From Actinomycetota bacterium (lineage in GTDB: Bacteria > Actinomycetota > UBA4738 > HRBIN12): DNA of 64,000 nucleotides. The stretch spans positions 7,862 to 71,861 of the forward strand of contig DATBIS010000116.1 in assembly GCA_036556805.1 (NCBI GenBank). The letters run 5' to 3'. This document shows, in pieces, positions 45,237 through 54,650 of the stretch. The notes under the pieces are model-generated. The model saw only the letters and a list, made by a program, of their open reading frames with translations. It was not told the origin of the DNA and did no database searches. Numbering within the stretch: the first letter of the stretch is position 1; every line of letters starts with the position of its first letter. Made by a program: the position numbers and the translations under genes.

Positions 45237-46297
45237 GCTGCGTCTCCCGCCCGAAGCACGGCGACGGCGGACGTCGTCGAGGGCACGCCGCGCCACGACT
45301 GCGCGATCGCGACGCGCCCCTCACCCGCGCGCAGCTGCTCGACGCATGCGAGGGCCCGCGCGAGCCCCGTTCCCTCGTGCAGGTATCCCTCGCCGAGCGC
45401 GCCCCCGGAGCGGTTCACGCGATCGGGGTCCAGGCCGCCGAGCCCGAGCGCCTCGAGGTGCTGGAGCTGCTTGTACGCGAACGTGTCGTCGACCTCCGCC
45501 ACGTCGACGTCCGCGGGGGAGGCGCCGGCTTGCCGGTAGGCCTGCGCCGCCGCGCGCTCCGCCGAGCCCGCGCGATCCCAGTCCCGGCTCTCGATCGTGG
45601 GCGAGTCGCTGTTCCACCCGATCCCGTCGACCCACACGTCGGAGCCGCCGGCGACCTCGCTCGACGCGAGCACCAGCACCACGCAGCCGTCGGCCGGCGG
45701 CGCCGCCTGCTCGCGCGTGAGCGGTTCGAAGAGCGGCGTGGGGTCGGCGACGTCGGCATACGAGGCCCTTGCGTTCGAGCGGGCGTGCCCGCGATTCCGG
45801 TGAACGACCGCGAGGCAGTCGTCGACGGTCGCGCCGCTCACGTGGAGGTAGCGGCGCATCTCGAGGCCGGCGATCGCGAGCGCGGGGACGTCGAGGGGAC
45901 GGTTGAGCACCGGATCGAGGGCGAACCGGTCGATGCGGCCCTGCGTGACGACGTCCGAGGCCTTCGCGTGACCCTCGACGGCCACGCGGCGCGCGATGCC
46001 GCTGCGGATCAGCATCACGCCGGTCGCGAAGGCCTGGAGGCCCTCGCCGGCGACCGTGTGCACGGGCCTCTGGACCGCGCCGAGCTGGTCGGGGACGTAC
46101 TCGTCGAAGATCGAGGTGCCCTCCTGCACGTCCTCGGAGGCCGCGACGAACGAGTCGATCTCGGTGCGGGGATCGACGCCGGCGTCCGCGTACGCGGCGC
46201 GCGCGGCCTCGAACATCAGCTCCTTGTAGGACGTCCCGTCGGTGCTGGGGGAGAAGCCGCTCCAACCGGCTCCGACGACGGCGACTCGCGGCTCCAT
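45233..46297 (-). CDS. SCP-x-type thiolase-like protein (non-specific lipid-transfer-protein family)
   Basis: 354 aa (RVAVVGAGWSGF..., C-terminal GEGYLHEGTGLARA). First gene of the coupled operon. Confidence 0.85.
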   Translation of the reverse strand: MEPRVAVVGAGWSGFSPSTDGTSYKELMFEAARAAYADAGVDPRTEIDSFVAASEDVQEGTSIFDEYVPDQLGAVQRPVHTVAGEGLQAFATGVMLIRSGIARRVAVEGHAKASDVVTQGRIDRFALDPVLNRPLDVPALAIAGLEMRRYLHVSGATVDDCLAVVHRNRGHARSNARASYADVADPTPLFEPLTREQAAPPADGCVVLVLASSEVAGGSDVWVDGIGWNSDSPTIESRDWDRAGSAERAAAQAYRQAGASPADVDVAEVDDTFAYKQLQHLEALGLGGLDPDRVNRSGGALGEGYLHEGTGLARALACVEQLRAGEGRVAIAQSWRGVPSTTSAVAVLRAGDAA

Positions 46298-46320
46298 CCA
46301 CTCGGTTATACCGTGGATGC

Positions 46321-48237
46321 GTGAGCGACGTCCTGTGGCGCCCGACCGCGGACTACGTGGACCGCGCGAACGTCACCCGCTTCATGCGCTCCCACGCCAT
46401 CGAAACCTATGACGAGCTCGTGCGTCGCTCGGTCGCCGACGTCGGCTGGTTCTGGGACGCGGTGGTCGCGGACCTCGGGATCGAGTTCCTCGCCCCGTAC
46501 CACGAGACCGTCGACCTGAGCCGCGGACCCGAGTGGGCGCGGTGGTTCGCCGATGGGGCCCTGAACCTCGCTCACCAGTGCGTCGACCTCTGGGCGGAAC
46601 GCACGCCCGACGCGCCGGCCGTCGTCTGGGAGAGCGAAGACGGGGACGTCCGCTCCTGGACGTACGCGGAGCTCCGCGAACAGACCGACCGGCTCGCGCA
46701 CACGATCGGTGGGCTCGGCGTCGGCGAGCGCGACACCGTGGGCGTGTTCCTCCCGATGGCGCCCGAGACGGTGGCCGCGATCATGGCGTGCTCGAAGATC
46801 GGCGCGATCTGGGTGCCGATCTTCAGCGGTTTCGGGCCCGATGCCGTCGCGGCGCGCCTCGCCGACGCCGGCGCGAAGATGCTGATCACCGCCGACGGGT
46901 CGCTCCGGAAAGGCCGTGCGGTGCCGATGCGCGAGACCGCGGAACGGGCCGTCGAGATCTCCGGACTTCCGATCGAGATCCTGGTGTGGGACCGGCTCGA
47001 CGGCGGCCGGGCCTGGTCGGAGCGGCTGGCGGCGCAACCGGCGCGGTTCGACACGCTCCCCCTGGAGGCGGAGCACCCGCTGTTCATCGGCTACACGAGC
47101 GGCACGACCGGCCGCCCGAAGGGCGTGCTGCACGTGCATGGCGGGTTCCTCGTGAAGGTCGCCGAGGAGGTCGCGTACCAGGTCGACCTGCATCAGGGTG
47201 AGGTGCTCCATTGGGTCACCGACCTCGGCTGGATCATGGGCCCCTGGGAGATGGTCGGGGCGCTCGCGCTCGGCTCGACCGTCCTGTTGTTCGAGGGCGC
47301 CCCGAACCATCCCGGGCCCGATCGGTTGTGGGGGCTGGTCGAGCGGCACGGCGTCACGACGCTCGGCGTATCGCCGACGCTCGTTCGCGCGCTGATCCCT
47401 TCGGGAACCGGACCGATCCGCGACCACGACGTGTCGTCGCTCCGGATCCTCGCCTCGACCGGTGAGCCGTGGAACCCGGAGCCCTACCGATGGCTCTTCG
47501 AGGAGGTCGGGGGCGGGCGCCTGCCGATCATCAACCTGTCGGGCGGCACCGAGGTCGGCGCGTGCTTCCTCTCGCCGCTCCCGATCTGTGAGCTGAAGTC
47601 CTGCACCCTGCGCGGGCCGGCGCTCGGGATGGACGTGGACGTGTGGGGCCCCGACGGGCGTCGCGTCGCAACCGGCGACGTCGGCGAGCTCGTGTGCAGG
47701 CAGCCGTGGCCGGCGATGACGCGGGGCGTCTGGGGCGACCCGGAGCGCTACCTCGACACGTACTGGCGCCGCTGGCCGGGCGTCTGGGTGCACGGCGACT
47801 GGGCGAGCATCGACGAGGACGGGTTCTGGTTCCTGCACGGCAGGAGCGACGACACGTTGAACGTCGCCGGGAAGCGACTCGGGCCGGCCGAGGTCGAGTC
47901 CGCGCTCGCGTCGCATCCCGCGGTCGCCGAGTCGGCCGCGGTGGCCGTGCCCGACGACGTCAAGGGCGAGACGATCTGGTGCTTCGTGGTGCTGAAACCC
48001 GGCGAAACCGCGACCCCCGACGAGCTCGCAGCCGTCGTGGGCGAGCACCTCGGCCGCTCCTTCCTGCCTTCCCGCGTGCTCTTCGTCCCCGAGCTCCCGC
48101 GCACTCGGAGCGCGAAGATCCTGCGCCGTGCGGTGCGGGCGACGGCGCTCGGCGAGGATCCGGGGGATCTGTCGAGCCTCGAGAACCCTTCGGCCCTCGA
48201 CGCGATCCGGTCGATCCTCGACCAACGACCTATCTAG
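46321..48237 (+). CDS. AMP-forming acyl-CoA synthetase, Acs/PrpE-like
   Basis: 638 aa, AMP-binding motif IGYTSGTTGRPKGV and C-terminal motifs typical of acetate/propionate-CoA ligases. Confidence 0.9.
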   Translation: MSDVLWRPTADYVDRANVTRFMRSHAIETYDELVRRSVADVGWFWDAVVADLGIEFLAPYHETVDLSRGPEWARWFADGALNLAHQCVDLWAERTPDAPAVVWESEDGDVRSWTYAELREQTDRLAHTIGGLGVGERDTVGVFLPMAPETVAAIMACSKIGAIWVPIFSGFGPDAVAARLADAGAKMLITADGSLRKGRAVPMRETAERAVEISGLPIEILVWDRLDGGRAWSERLAAQPARFDTLPLEAEHPLFIGYTSGTTGRPKGVLHVHGGFLVKVAEEVAYQVDLHQGEVLHWVTDLGWIMGPWEMVGALALGSTVLLFEGAPNHPGPDRLWGLVERHGVTTLGVSPTLVRALIPSGTGPIRDHDVSSLRILASTGEPWNPEPYRWLFEEVGGGRLPIINLSGGTEVGACFLSPLPICELKSCTLRGPALGMDVDVWGPDGRRVATGDVGELVCRQPWPAMTRGVWGDPERYLDTYWRRWPGVWVHGDWASIDEDGFWFLHGRSDDTLNVAGKRLGPAEVESALASHPAVAESAAVAVPDDVKGETIWCFVVLKPGETATPDELAAVVGEHLGRSFLPSRVLFVPELPRTRSAKILRRAVRATALGEDPGDLSSLENPSALDAIRSILDQRPI

Positions 48238-48311
48238 GAGTCGCTCGCCCCCAGCCGATACGCCCCGGGGGAGGGTTCGTGCCGCCCGGGCGCGTGGGGG
48301 ATCGAGGGGCG

Positions 48312-49838
48312 ATGACGCAGACCGTTGCACGCCGCGACGTGTTCAAGGCCGCCGCGGCCGCCATGCTCGGGAGCCCGATCGCCTCGCTGCTGACGGCCGA
48401 GCCCGCGCTCGCGGACGCCGCCTTCGTGCCGAGCGATCTCGACCTCCATGTGCTGCGGCGCGCAACGTATGGCCCGACCCCCGCGCTCCGCGACCAGATC
48501 AAGCAGCGTGGGCGATGGAACTGGCTCGACGATCAGCTCGATCCGGACTCGGTGAACGACGCGTACTGCGACGATCTCATCAATGACAGGTTCCCCCACC
48601 TCGACTGGACCATCGCCAAGGCCGTCGACAAGATCGACGACGGCTCGTGGGACCTGATGTTCGATCTCGGCGTGGCCGCGATCGTGCGAGCGACCTGGAG
48701 CAAGCGTCAGCTCTTCGAGGTGATGGTGGACTTCTGGTCGAACCATCTGAACGTCACGAACCCGTTCGACGGCGGCTGGGCCACGCGCCACGATTACGAC
48801 CGCAAGGTCATCCGCCAGCACGCGCTCGGCCGGTTCGAGGACATGCTCATCGCCTCGGCCACGCACCCGGCGATGATGTACTACCTCAACAACGCCGAGT
48901 CGACGAAGGACCTCCCGAACGAGAACTACGGCCGGGAGCTGCTGGAGCTTCACACGGTTGGCGTCGCCGCCGGCTACTCCGAGACCGATATGTACAACTC
49001 GACGCTGGTTATGACGGGCTACGGCGTGAACTGGGAGACCCAGAAGTTCCAGTACCACGACTGGGCGCACTACGTGGGGCCGGTGCAGGTCATGGACTGG
49101 TCCTCCAACAACGGCTCGGCGAGTCACGGCTACGACGTCGGACTCAACTACCTCCGGTACCTCGCCAATCATGAGTCGACCGCACAACACATCGCCTCGA
49201 AGCTCGTGACGCGATTCGTGTCGGACGAACCCGACCAGGCGCTCGTGGACAAGCTCGCGAACACCTACCTCAACCACGACACGGCGATCGTGCCGGTGCT
49301 GCGCCAGCTGTTCCACTCGGCGGCGTTCGAGGACTCGATCGGAGCGAAGGTGCGCCGTCCGATGGAGGACGTGATCGCGACGCTGCGAATCCTCGGCGAC
49401 AAGCCCGACAAGCACGGGCGCGCCGGGCTCGAGGGCCTCTACTGGCTGATCGAGGGGCTCGGGAACACGCCGATGGGCTGGGTGCCGCCCAACGGCTATC
49501 CCGACGTCGCCGACGCGTGGCGCTCCGCCGGAGGGACGCTCGGCCGCTGGAACATGCACATGTCGCTCGCCGCGAAGTGGTGGCCCGACACGCTCGTGCG
49601 GCCGCCGCTCAAGAAGATGGTGCCCGACCCGCTGCCGGCGACGCACGGCAAGCTCGTCGACGCGCTTGCGAAGCGGCTGGTGTTCCGCAAGCTCACCGCC
49701 GAGCACACCGACGCCGTGCTCGCGATCGTCGAGCGGACGTCCTCGGATCCGCTCTCCGACGACGACGCGATCGTGGGATGGCGCCTGCCGTACGTCGTCG
49801 CCGCCATCCTCGACTCGCCCTACCACGCGACCCGATGA
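48312..49838 (+). CDS. DUF1800-family protein with a Tat signal
   Basis: ATG, then MTQTVARRDVFKAAAAAMLGSPIASLLTAEPALA (twin-arginine). 508 aa. Track ORF 47643..49838 has a spurious 5' extension. Confidence 0.85.
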   Translation: MTQTVARRDVFKAAAAAMLGSPIASLLTAEPALADAAFVPSDLDLHVLRRATYGPTPALRDQIKQRGRWNWLDDQLDPDSVNDAYCDDLINDRFPHLDWTIAKAVDKIDDGSWDLMFDLGVAAIVRATWSKRQLFEVMVDFWSNHLNVTNPFDGGWATRHDYDRKVIRQHALGRFEDMLIASATHPAMMYYLNNAESTKDLPNENYGRELLELHTVGVAAGYSETDMYNSTLVMTGYGVNWETQKFQYHDWAHYVGPVQVMDWSSNNGSASHGYDVGLNYLRYLANHESTAQHIASKLVTRFVSDEPDQALVDKLANTYLNHDTAIVPVLRQLFHSAAFEDSIGAKVRRPMEDVIATLRILGDKPDKHGRAGLEGLYWLIEGLGNTPMGWVPPNGYPDVADAWRSAGGTLGRWNMHMSLAAKWWPDTLVRPPLKKMVPDPLPATHGKLVDALAKRLVFRKLTAEHTDAVLAIVERTSSDPLSDDDAIVGWRLPYVVAAILDSPYHATR

Positions 49839-49848
49839 AGGAGCCGAC

Positions 49849-51138
49849 ATGCTGACCCGGAAGCCGCGACAGGCGCGCAAGCCCTGCGGATGCCCCGACT
49901 ACGAGCGCGGCATCTCGCGGCGCTCGTTCCTGAAGCGCAGCGCCGTCGCCGGCGGCATGGTGGCGGGGATCGCCCACGAGGCGTTCTTCACGCGCCTCGC
50001 GTTCGCGGCCGCGCCGTACGACGGCGACGTGCTCGTGGTGGTCTCGCTGCGTGGGGGATTCGACGGGCTTTCGGCGATCGTTCCGGCGTCGGACCCCGAC
50101 TACCCGATCTGGCGCCCGAACGTCGGCATCCCCACCGGCACGCTCATCCAGCTCGACGCGACGTTCGGCATGCACCCCGCGATGTCGTCGCTCGAGCCCT
50201 TCTACACCGGCGGCTCGTTCGGGGTGGTGCACGCGGTGGGCCAGGAGTCGCCGAACCGCTCGCACTTCTCGGCGATGGACGAGCTCGAGCGCGCCGCGCC
50301 CGGCACGTCGCTCCGCACCGGGTGGCTCGATCGCGTGCTCGGTCTGCGCGACCCCGGCACCGCGTTCCAGGGCGTGCAGATGGGAAGCAACACGGCGGCC
50401 TCGATGTTCCTGGGTCCGTCGCCCGAGCTCGCGATGTGGTCGGTGGACTCGTTCGGCCTCGACGCCGCCTGGGACGACGAGGAGTCGGCGCTCTGGGATA
50501 CGGCGTTGCGTGGTCTGCACACCGGCGCGCCCGACGTCCTCGCGGCGCCGGCGACCGGCGCGCTCGACGCGCTCGCGACGACGAACGCGCTGCCCGACTA
50601 CGTCCCCGAGAACGGCGCGGTGTACGCGGACACGAACCTCGCGAGCGCGCTGAAGGACGTCGCGCGGCTGATCAAGGCCGACGTCGGGCTGCAGGTCGCG
50701 GCCGTCGACTACGGCGACTGGGACATGCACGTCGACATGGGGACGGTCGACACGGGCTGGATGCACGATCACCTCACCGAGCTGTCCGAGGCGCTCGCGG
50801 CCTTCGCGACCGACCTCGGCACGAAGCTCAACGACGTCACGCTCGTGACGCTCACGGAGTTCGGGCGACGCGTGTCCGAGAACGGGTCGGGGGGCACCGA
50901 CCACGGGTTCGGCCAGGTGGCGCTGCTGCTGGGAGGCGGCGTGGACGGCGGGAAGGTGCACGGCGCGTGGCCGGGCCTCGCCGAGGACGACCTCATCGAC
51001 GGCGACCTGAACGGCTTGAACGACTACCGCCTGATCCTCGCCGAGATCCTCGAGAAGCGCTGCCGCGCCGGATCGCTCACCGATGTGTTCCCCGGCATCT
51101 CGTCGGACCGGCTCGGGGTCGTCGTTCAGAAGCCGTAG
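49849..51138 (+). CDS. DUF1501-family protein with a Tat signal
   Basis: GAAGGAG RBS, ATG, Tat motif ISRRSFLKRSAVAGGMVAG. 429 aa with a conserved GGTDHG motif. Confidence 0.85.
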   Translation: MLTRKPRQARKPCGCPDYERGISRRSFLKRSAVAGGMVAGIAHEAFFTRLAFAAAPYDGDVLVVVSLRGGFDGLSAIVPASDPDYPIWRPNVGIPTGTLIQLDATFGMHPAMSSLEPFYTGGSFGVVHAVGQESPNRSHFSAMDELERAAPGTSLRTGWLDRVLGLRDPGTAFQGVQMGSNTAASMFLGPSPELAMWSVDSFGLDAAWDDEESALWDTALRGLHTGAPDVLAAPATGALDALATTNALPDYVPENGAVYADTNLASALKDVARLIKADVGLQVAAVDYGDWDMHVDMGTVDTGWMHDHLTELSEALAAFATDLGTKLNDVTLVTLTEFGRRVSENGSGGTDHGFGQVALLLGGGVDGGKVHGAWPGLAEDDLIDGDLNGLNDYRLILAEILEKRCRAGSLTDVFPGISSDRLGVVVQKP

Positions 51139-51169
51139 CCGCGGCTGGGCCGCGACCTATGCTCTCCCG

Positions 51170-51988
51170 ATGCGCGTCGCGGTCTGCCAGCTGAACGCGG
51201 GCGAGGACGTCGAGCGGAACCTCGCGGACGCCGAGCGGCTGTTGCACGAGGCCGCCGACGGAGGCGCCGACCTCGCCGCCCTTCCCGAGGTCTTCGGGTA
51301 CCTGGGCTCTCCGCGCAGGGTCGCCGAGCTCGCGGCCCCGCTCGACGACCATCCTGTGTGTGCCCGACTGGCAGCCGTCGCGCGTGAACGGTCGATGTGG
51401 GTCGTCGGCGGGAGCGTGTTCGAACGCGAGGGCGACAAGGTGTTCAACACGAGCCCGCTGTTCGACCGGCACGGCGAGCTCGTCGCTCGCTATCGCAAGA
51501 TCCACCTGTTCGACGTCGACCTGCCGGGGCAGCCGCCGTTCCGGGAGTCGGCGACCTACGCCGCCGGTCACGAGCTCGTCACGCACGAGACGGAGTTCGG
51601 CCGGATCGGCCTGTCGATCTGCTACGACCTGCGCTTTCCCGAGCTGTACCGAGGGCTGATGGCCCTGGGGGCGGAGGTCGTGCTGGTGCCCGCGCAGTTC
51701 CAATGGGCGACCGGAAAGGACCATTGGCACGTGCTGCTGCGCGCGCGAGCGATCGAGAACCAGTGCTTCGTGGTGGCGCCGGGGCAGTGGGGTGCGTACG
51801 GAGCACGCGAGCAGCACCGCCGCTCGTTCGGGCACTCGCTCGTCCTGGACCCGTGGGGTCGCGTGCTCGCGGAGGCGCCCGAGGAAGGAAGCGGCGTGAC
51901 GTTCGCCGACCTCGACTTCACCGAGCTGCGCGTGGTGCGGGATCGGCTTCCGTCCCTTCGCCATCGGCGGCTCGGGCTGGTCTGCTGA
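51170..51988 (+). CDS. Carbon-nitrogen hydrolase (nitrilase/omega-amidase superfamily)
   Basis: Internal ATG (MRVAVCQLNAG). Catalytic E/K/C context (PEVFGY, YRKIHLFD, GLSICYDLRFPE). Confidence 0.85.
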   Translation: MRVAVCQLNAGEDVERNLADAERLLHEAADGGADLAALPEVFGYLGSPRRVAELAAPLDDHPVCARLAAVARERSMWVVGGSVFEREGDKVFNTSPLFDRHGELVARYRKIHLFDVDLPGQPPFRESATYAAGHELVTHETEFGRIGLSICYDLRFPELYRGLMALGAEVVLVPAQFQWATGKDHWHVLLRARAIENQCFVVAPGQWGAYGAREQHRRSFGHSLVLDPWGRVLAEAPEEGSGVTFADLDFTELRVVRDRLPSLRHRRLGLVC

Positions 51989-51992
51989 CGCC

Positions 51993-52427
51993 GTGAAGCG
52001 CGCCCTGCCGAACGGCTACGAGGTCGACGACGACCGGTCGCGCGTGGACGTGGCCGCCGTGCACCGCTACCTCTCGGAGGAGGCGTACTGGGTTCCCGGC
52101 CGATCGTTCGCGACGATCGAGCGGCTCGTGGCCGAGTCGACGCGCGTGCTGGGCGCGTACGCGCCCGACGGCGTCTTGGCGGGGTTCGCCCGCGTGGTGT
52201 CGGACCGGTCGAACTTCGCCTGGCTCGGGGACGTGTTCGTGCTGCCGGAGCATCGCGGTCGAGGGCTCGGCGTCGAGCTCGTGCGGGAGGCCGTCCAGCA
52301 CGAGCCCGAGCGCGACTGCGCCTGGTACCTCAACACTCGCGACGCACACCACCTCTACGCGCGATTCGGGTTCGAGCGCGCCGACCCCGATCGAACGATG
52401 ACGCGGCCTCGCGCGACGCGCGGCTGA
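51993..52427 (+). CDS. GNAT-family N-acetyltransferase
   Basis: 144 aa with an acetyl-CoA-binding motif (LPEHRGRGLGVELV). Confidence 0.8.
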   Translation: MKRALPNGYEVDDDRSRVDVAAVHRYLSEEAYWVPGRSFATIERLVAESTRVLGAYAPDGVLAGFARVVSDRSNFAWLGDVFVLPEHRGRGLGVELVREAVQHEPERDCAWYLNTRDAHHLYARFGFERADPDRTMTRPRATRG

Positions 52428-52997
52428 TCACGCGGGCAGGTCGCCCGGCTCGTCGACGTCCGGCGGTTGCGGCTCGTCGACCTCGACGTCTTCCACCCAT
52501 TCGGGATGGCTCGCCATCAGCACGCGCGCGCCGACGTCTCCGGACAGGTGACCCGCATCCGCGTAGATCTCGCGCGACAGCAGTGCGGGACCGGGGCCGT
52601 CGCGGTAGCTCGCGCGCACGACCTGCCGGCGCGTCTCATGGAAGCGGGCGACGAGCCGCCGAATCACGTCGGGGTCGACGCCGGGCTGGTCGGCCATCAG
52701 CACGACGGCCCCCTCGCTCGCATCGTCGAGCGCGTGTAACGCGGACGCGAGCGACGTCGACTGGCCCTCGCGATAGGCAAGGTTCCGCACGAACCGTGCA
52801 TTGGTAGGAAGCGCGAGCGCCGACTCCACGGCGTCGGCTTCGTGCCCGGTCACGACAACGATCTCGTCGACCACGCCCGCGTCCCGAAGCGCGTCGATCG
52901 CGTGTTGTGCGAGCGGCTTGCCTTCGACCGTCGCGAGCTGCTTCGTGGAGCCGAACCGCGAGGACGTGCCGGCTGCCAGCACGACCCCAGAGATCAT
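52428..52997 (-). CDS. MobA-like NTP-transferase-family protein (MocA-like molybdenum-cofactor cytidylyltransferase candidate)
   Basis: Internal ATG (MISGVVLAAGTSSRFG...). 189 aa. ATGA overlap with coxG. Confidence 0.8.
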   Translation of the reverse strand: MISGVVLAAGTSSRFGSTKQLATVEGKPLAQHAIDALRDAGVVDEIVVVTGHEADAVESALALPTNARFVRNLAYREGQSTSLASALHALDDASEGAVVLMADQPGVDPDVIRRLVARFHETRRQVVRASYRDGPGPALLSREIYADAGHLSGDVGARVLMASHPEWVEDVEVDEPQPPDVDEPGDLPA

Positions 52998-53605
52998 GCC
53001 CTGCGGCCGAACAGCTTCCGGAAGAAGCTCTTGATGACCGCCCAGATCGCCGACAGGCCGAGCCCGATCCCCCCCACCGGCCTCGCGACCGGGGGAGTGG
53101 CCGGGGATTCTTCGCCGGTCGCGGCGGGTGCCGATCCGGCTTCGACGGCAGCGACGCCGGCCGCCCCCATGCTCGCCTGCAAGCAGTCGGCGAACTCCTG
53201 CGTGAGCTTCTTCGACACCTCCGGGAGCAGGCCTCGCGAGAGCTGGGCGACCGTCCCTGACAGCGTGATGTCGGCTTGCATCTTCACGGTGGTGACGCCC
53301 TCGCCGGGCTCGAGCCACGACGTGACGGTCGCGGTGGCGGCGCCCTTCCCCTTCTGCTCCATGCCCTTCGCCGAGAGCACCACGCGATGCGCGGCGTCGT
53401 CCCGTTCCCGCATCGTGACGGTGCCGGCGAACGAGAGCGAGACCGGTCCGAACTTCGCGTTCACCTTGCCCTTCCACGTCCGATCGTCGACGGTCTCGGT
53501 GAGCTCGGCGCCGGGCATGCACGGCGCCACGCGCTCGACGTCGAGGAGGTAGGCCCACAGAGCATCGACGCCCTCCGCGACGGTGAACTCGTTCTCGATG
53601 AGCAT
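52994..53605 (-). CDS. coxG: CoxG/SRPBCC-family protein (CO-dehydrogenase subunit G-like)
   Basis: Internal ATG (MLIENEFTVAEGVDALWAYLLD...). 203 aa, with a C-terminal Ala/Gly-rich tail and an amphipathic end. Confidence 0.8.
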   Translation of the reverse strand: MLIENEFTVAEGVDALWAYLLDVERVAPCMPGAELTETVDDRTWKGKVNAKFGPVSLSFAGTVTMRERDDAAHRVVLSAKGMEQKGKGAATATVTSWLEPGEGVTTVKMQADITLSGTVAQLSRGLLPEVSKKLTQEFADCLQASMGAAGVAAVEAGSAPAATGEESPATPPVARPVGGIGLGLSAIWAVIKSFFRKLFGRRA

Positions 53606-53666
53606 CGTGCCGAGCCTACCTCCGAGCTCGTGGTTGACGAAGGACGCTGCCGGGTAGCGTGACGCC

Positions 53667-54536
53667 GTGGGGTTCCGCAACAAGGTTCGGCTGGATCCGA
53701 GCCAGGTCCAGGACCGCCGTCGGTTCGGCGGCGGCACCGGCGTCGCCGTGGGCGGCGGCGCGGGCATCATCGGCCTGATCATCGTGCTCGCGATCAACCT
53801 CCTGGGCGGCGGGAACATCGACCTCAACTCGCTGCCCGACCTCAACGGGGTGATCGCCGGCGGCGGCAGCGCGTCCAGCGACACCCTCGACCAGTGCAAG
53901 ACGGGTCAGGACGCGAACACGTCCGAGGACTGCCGGATCGTGGGCTACGTCAACAGCATCCAGGCCTACTGGTCGGACGCGATCCAGGGCTACGAGCTCG
54001 CGCCCACGGTGTTCTTCAGTGGCTCGACGTCGACCGGCTGCGGCAATGCCACCTCGGCGGTCGGGCCGTTCTACTGCCCGCCGGACGCCAGCGTGTACAT
54101 CGACCTCGGCTTCTTTCAGGACCTCCAGACGAAGTTCGGAGCAGAGGGTGGCCCGTTCGCCCAGGCCTACGTGCTCGCGCACGAGTACGGCCACCACGTC
54201 CAGGACCTGCTGGGAGTCCTTGATCGCCTCCAGCCGGGTGAGGGCCCGCAGTCGGACTCGGTTCGCTCGGAGTTGCAGGCCGACTGCTACGCAGGGGTCT
54301 GGGCTGCGAACGCGGTGGACACCGGCTTCCTGACGCCGCTCACGGACGCAGATGTCGCGCAGGCGCTCGACGCGGCCGCGGCGGTGGGCGACGACCGCAT
54401 CCAGAAGGAGTTCCAAGGCCAGGTCAACCGAGAGACCTGGACGCATGGATCGTCGGCGGAACGGCAGCACTGGTTCACCGTCGGGTACAACGCCGGGCAG
54501 CCGCAGGCATGCGATACCTTCTCTGGCAAGGTATAA
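53667..54536 (+). CDS. YpfJ/KPN_02809-family neutral zinc metallopeptidase (DUF922-like)
   Basis: 289 aa, N-terminal TM, HEYGHH zinc motif. Confidence 0.85.
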   Translation: MGFRNKVRLDPSQVQDRRRFGGGTGVAVGGGAGIIGLIIVLAINLLGGGNIDLNSLPDLNGVIAGGGSASSDTLDQCKTGQDANTSEDCRIVGYVNSIQAYWSDAIQGYELAPTVFFSGSTSTGCGNATSAVGPFYCPPDASVYIDLGFFQDLQTKFGAEGGPFAQAYVLAHEYGHHVQDLLGVLDRLQPGEGPQSDSVRSELQADCYAGVWAANAVDTGFLTPLTDADVAQALDAAAAVGDDRIQKEFQGQVNRETWTHGSSAERQHWFTVGYNAGQPQACDTFSGKV

Positions 54537-54650
54537 GCACGGTTGCCGCTACGCCGTCCGTCGTAGGGGGGTCCGTGAGACGGCGTATTCCGCCGCCGGA
54601 CTGAATCCCGTACGTTCGAACGCTCAACCTGCGCGAAGAGGGAGCTCTGG

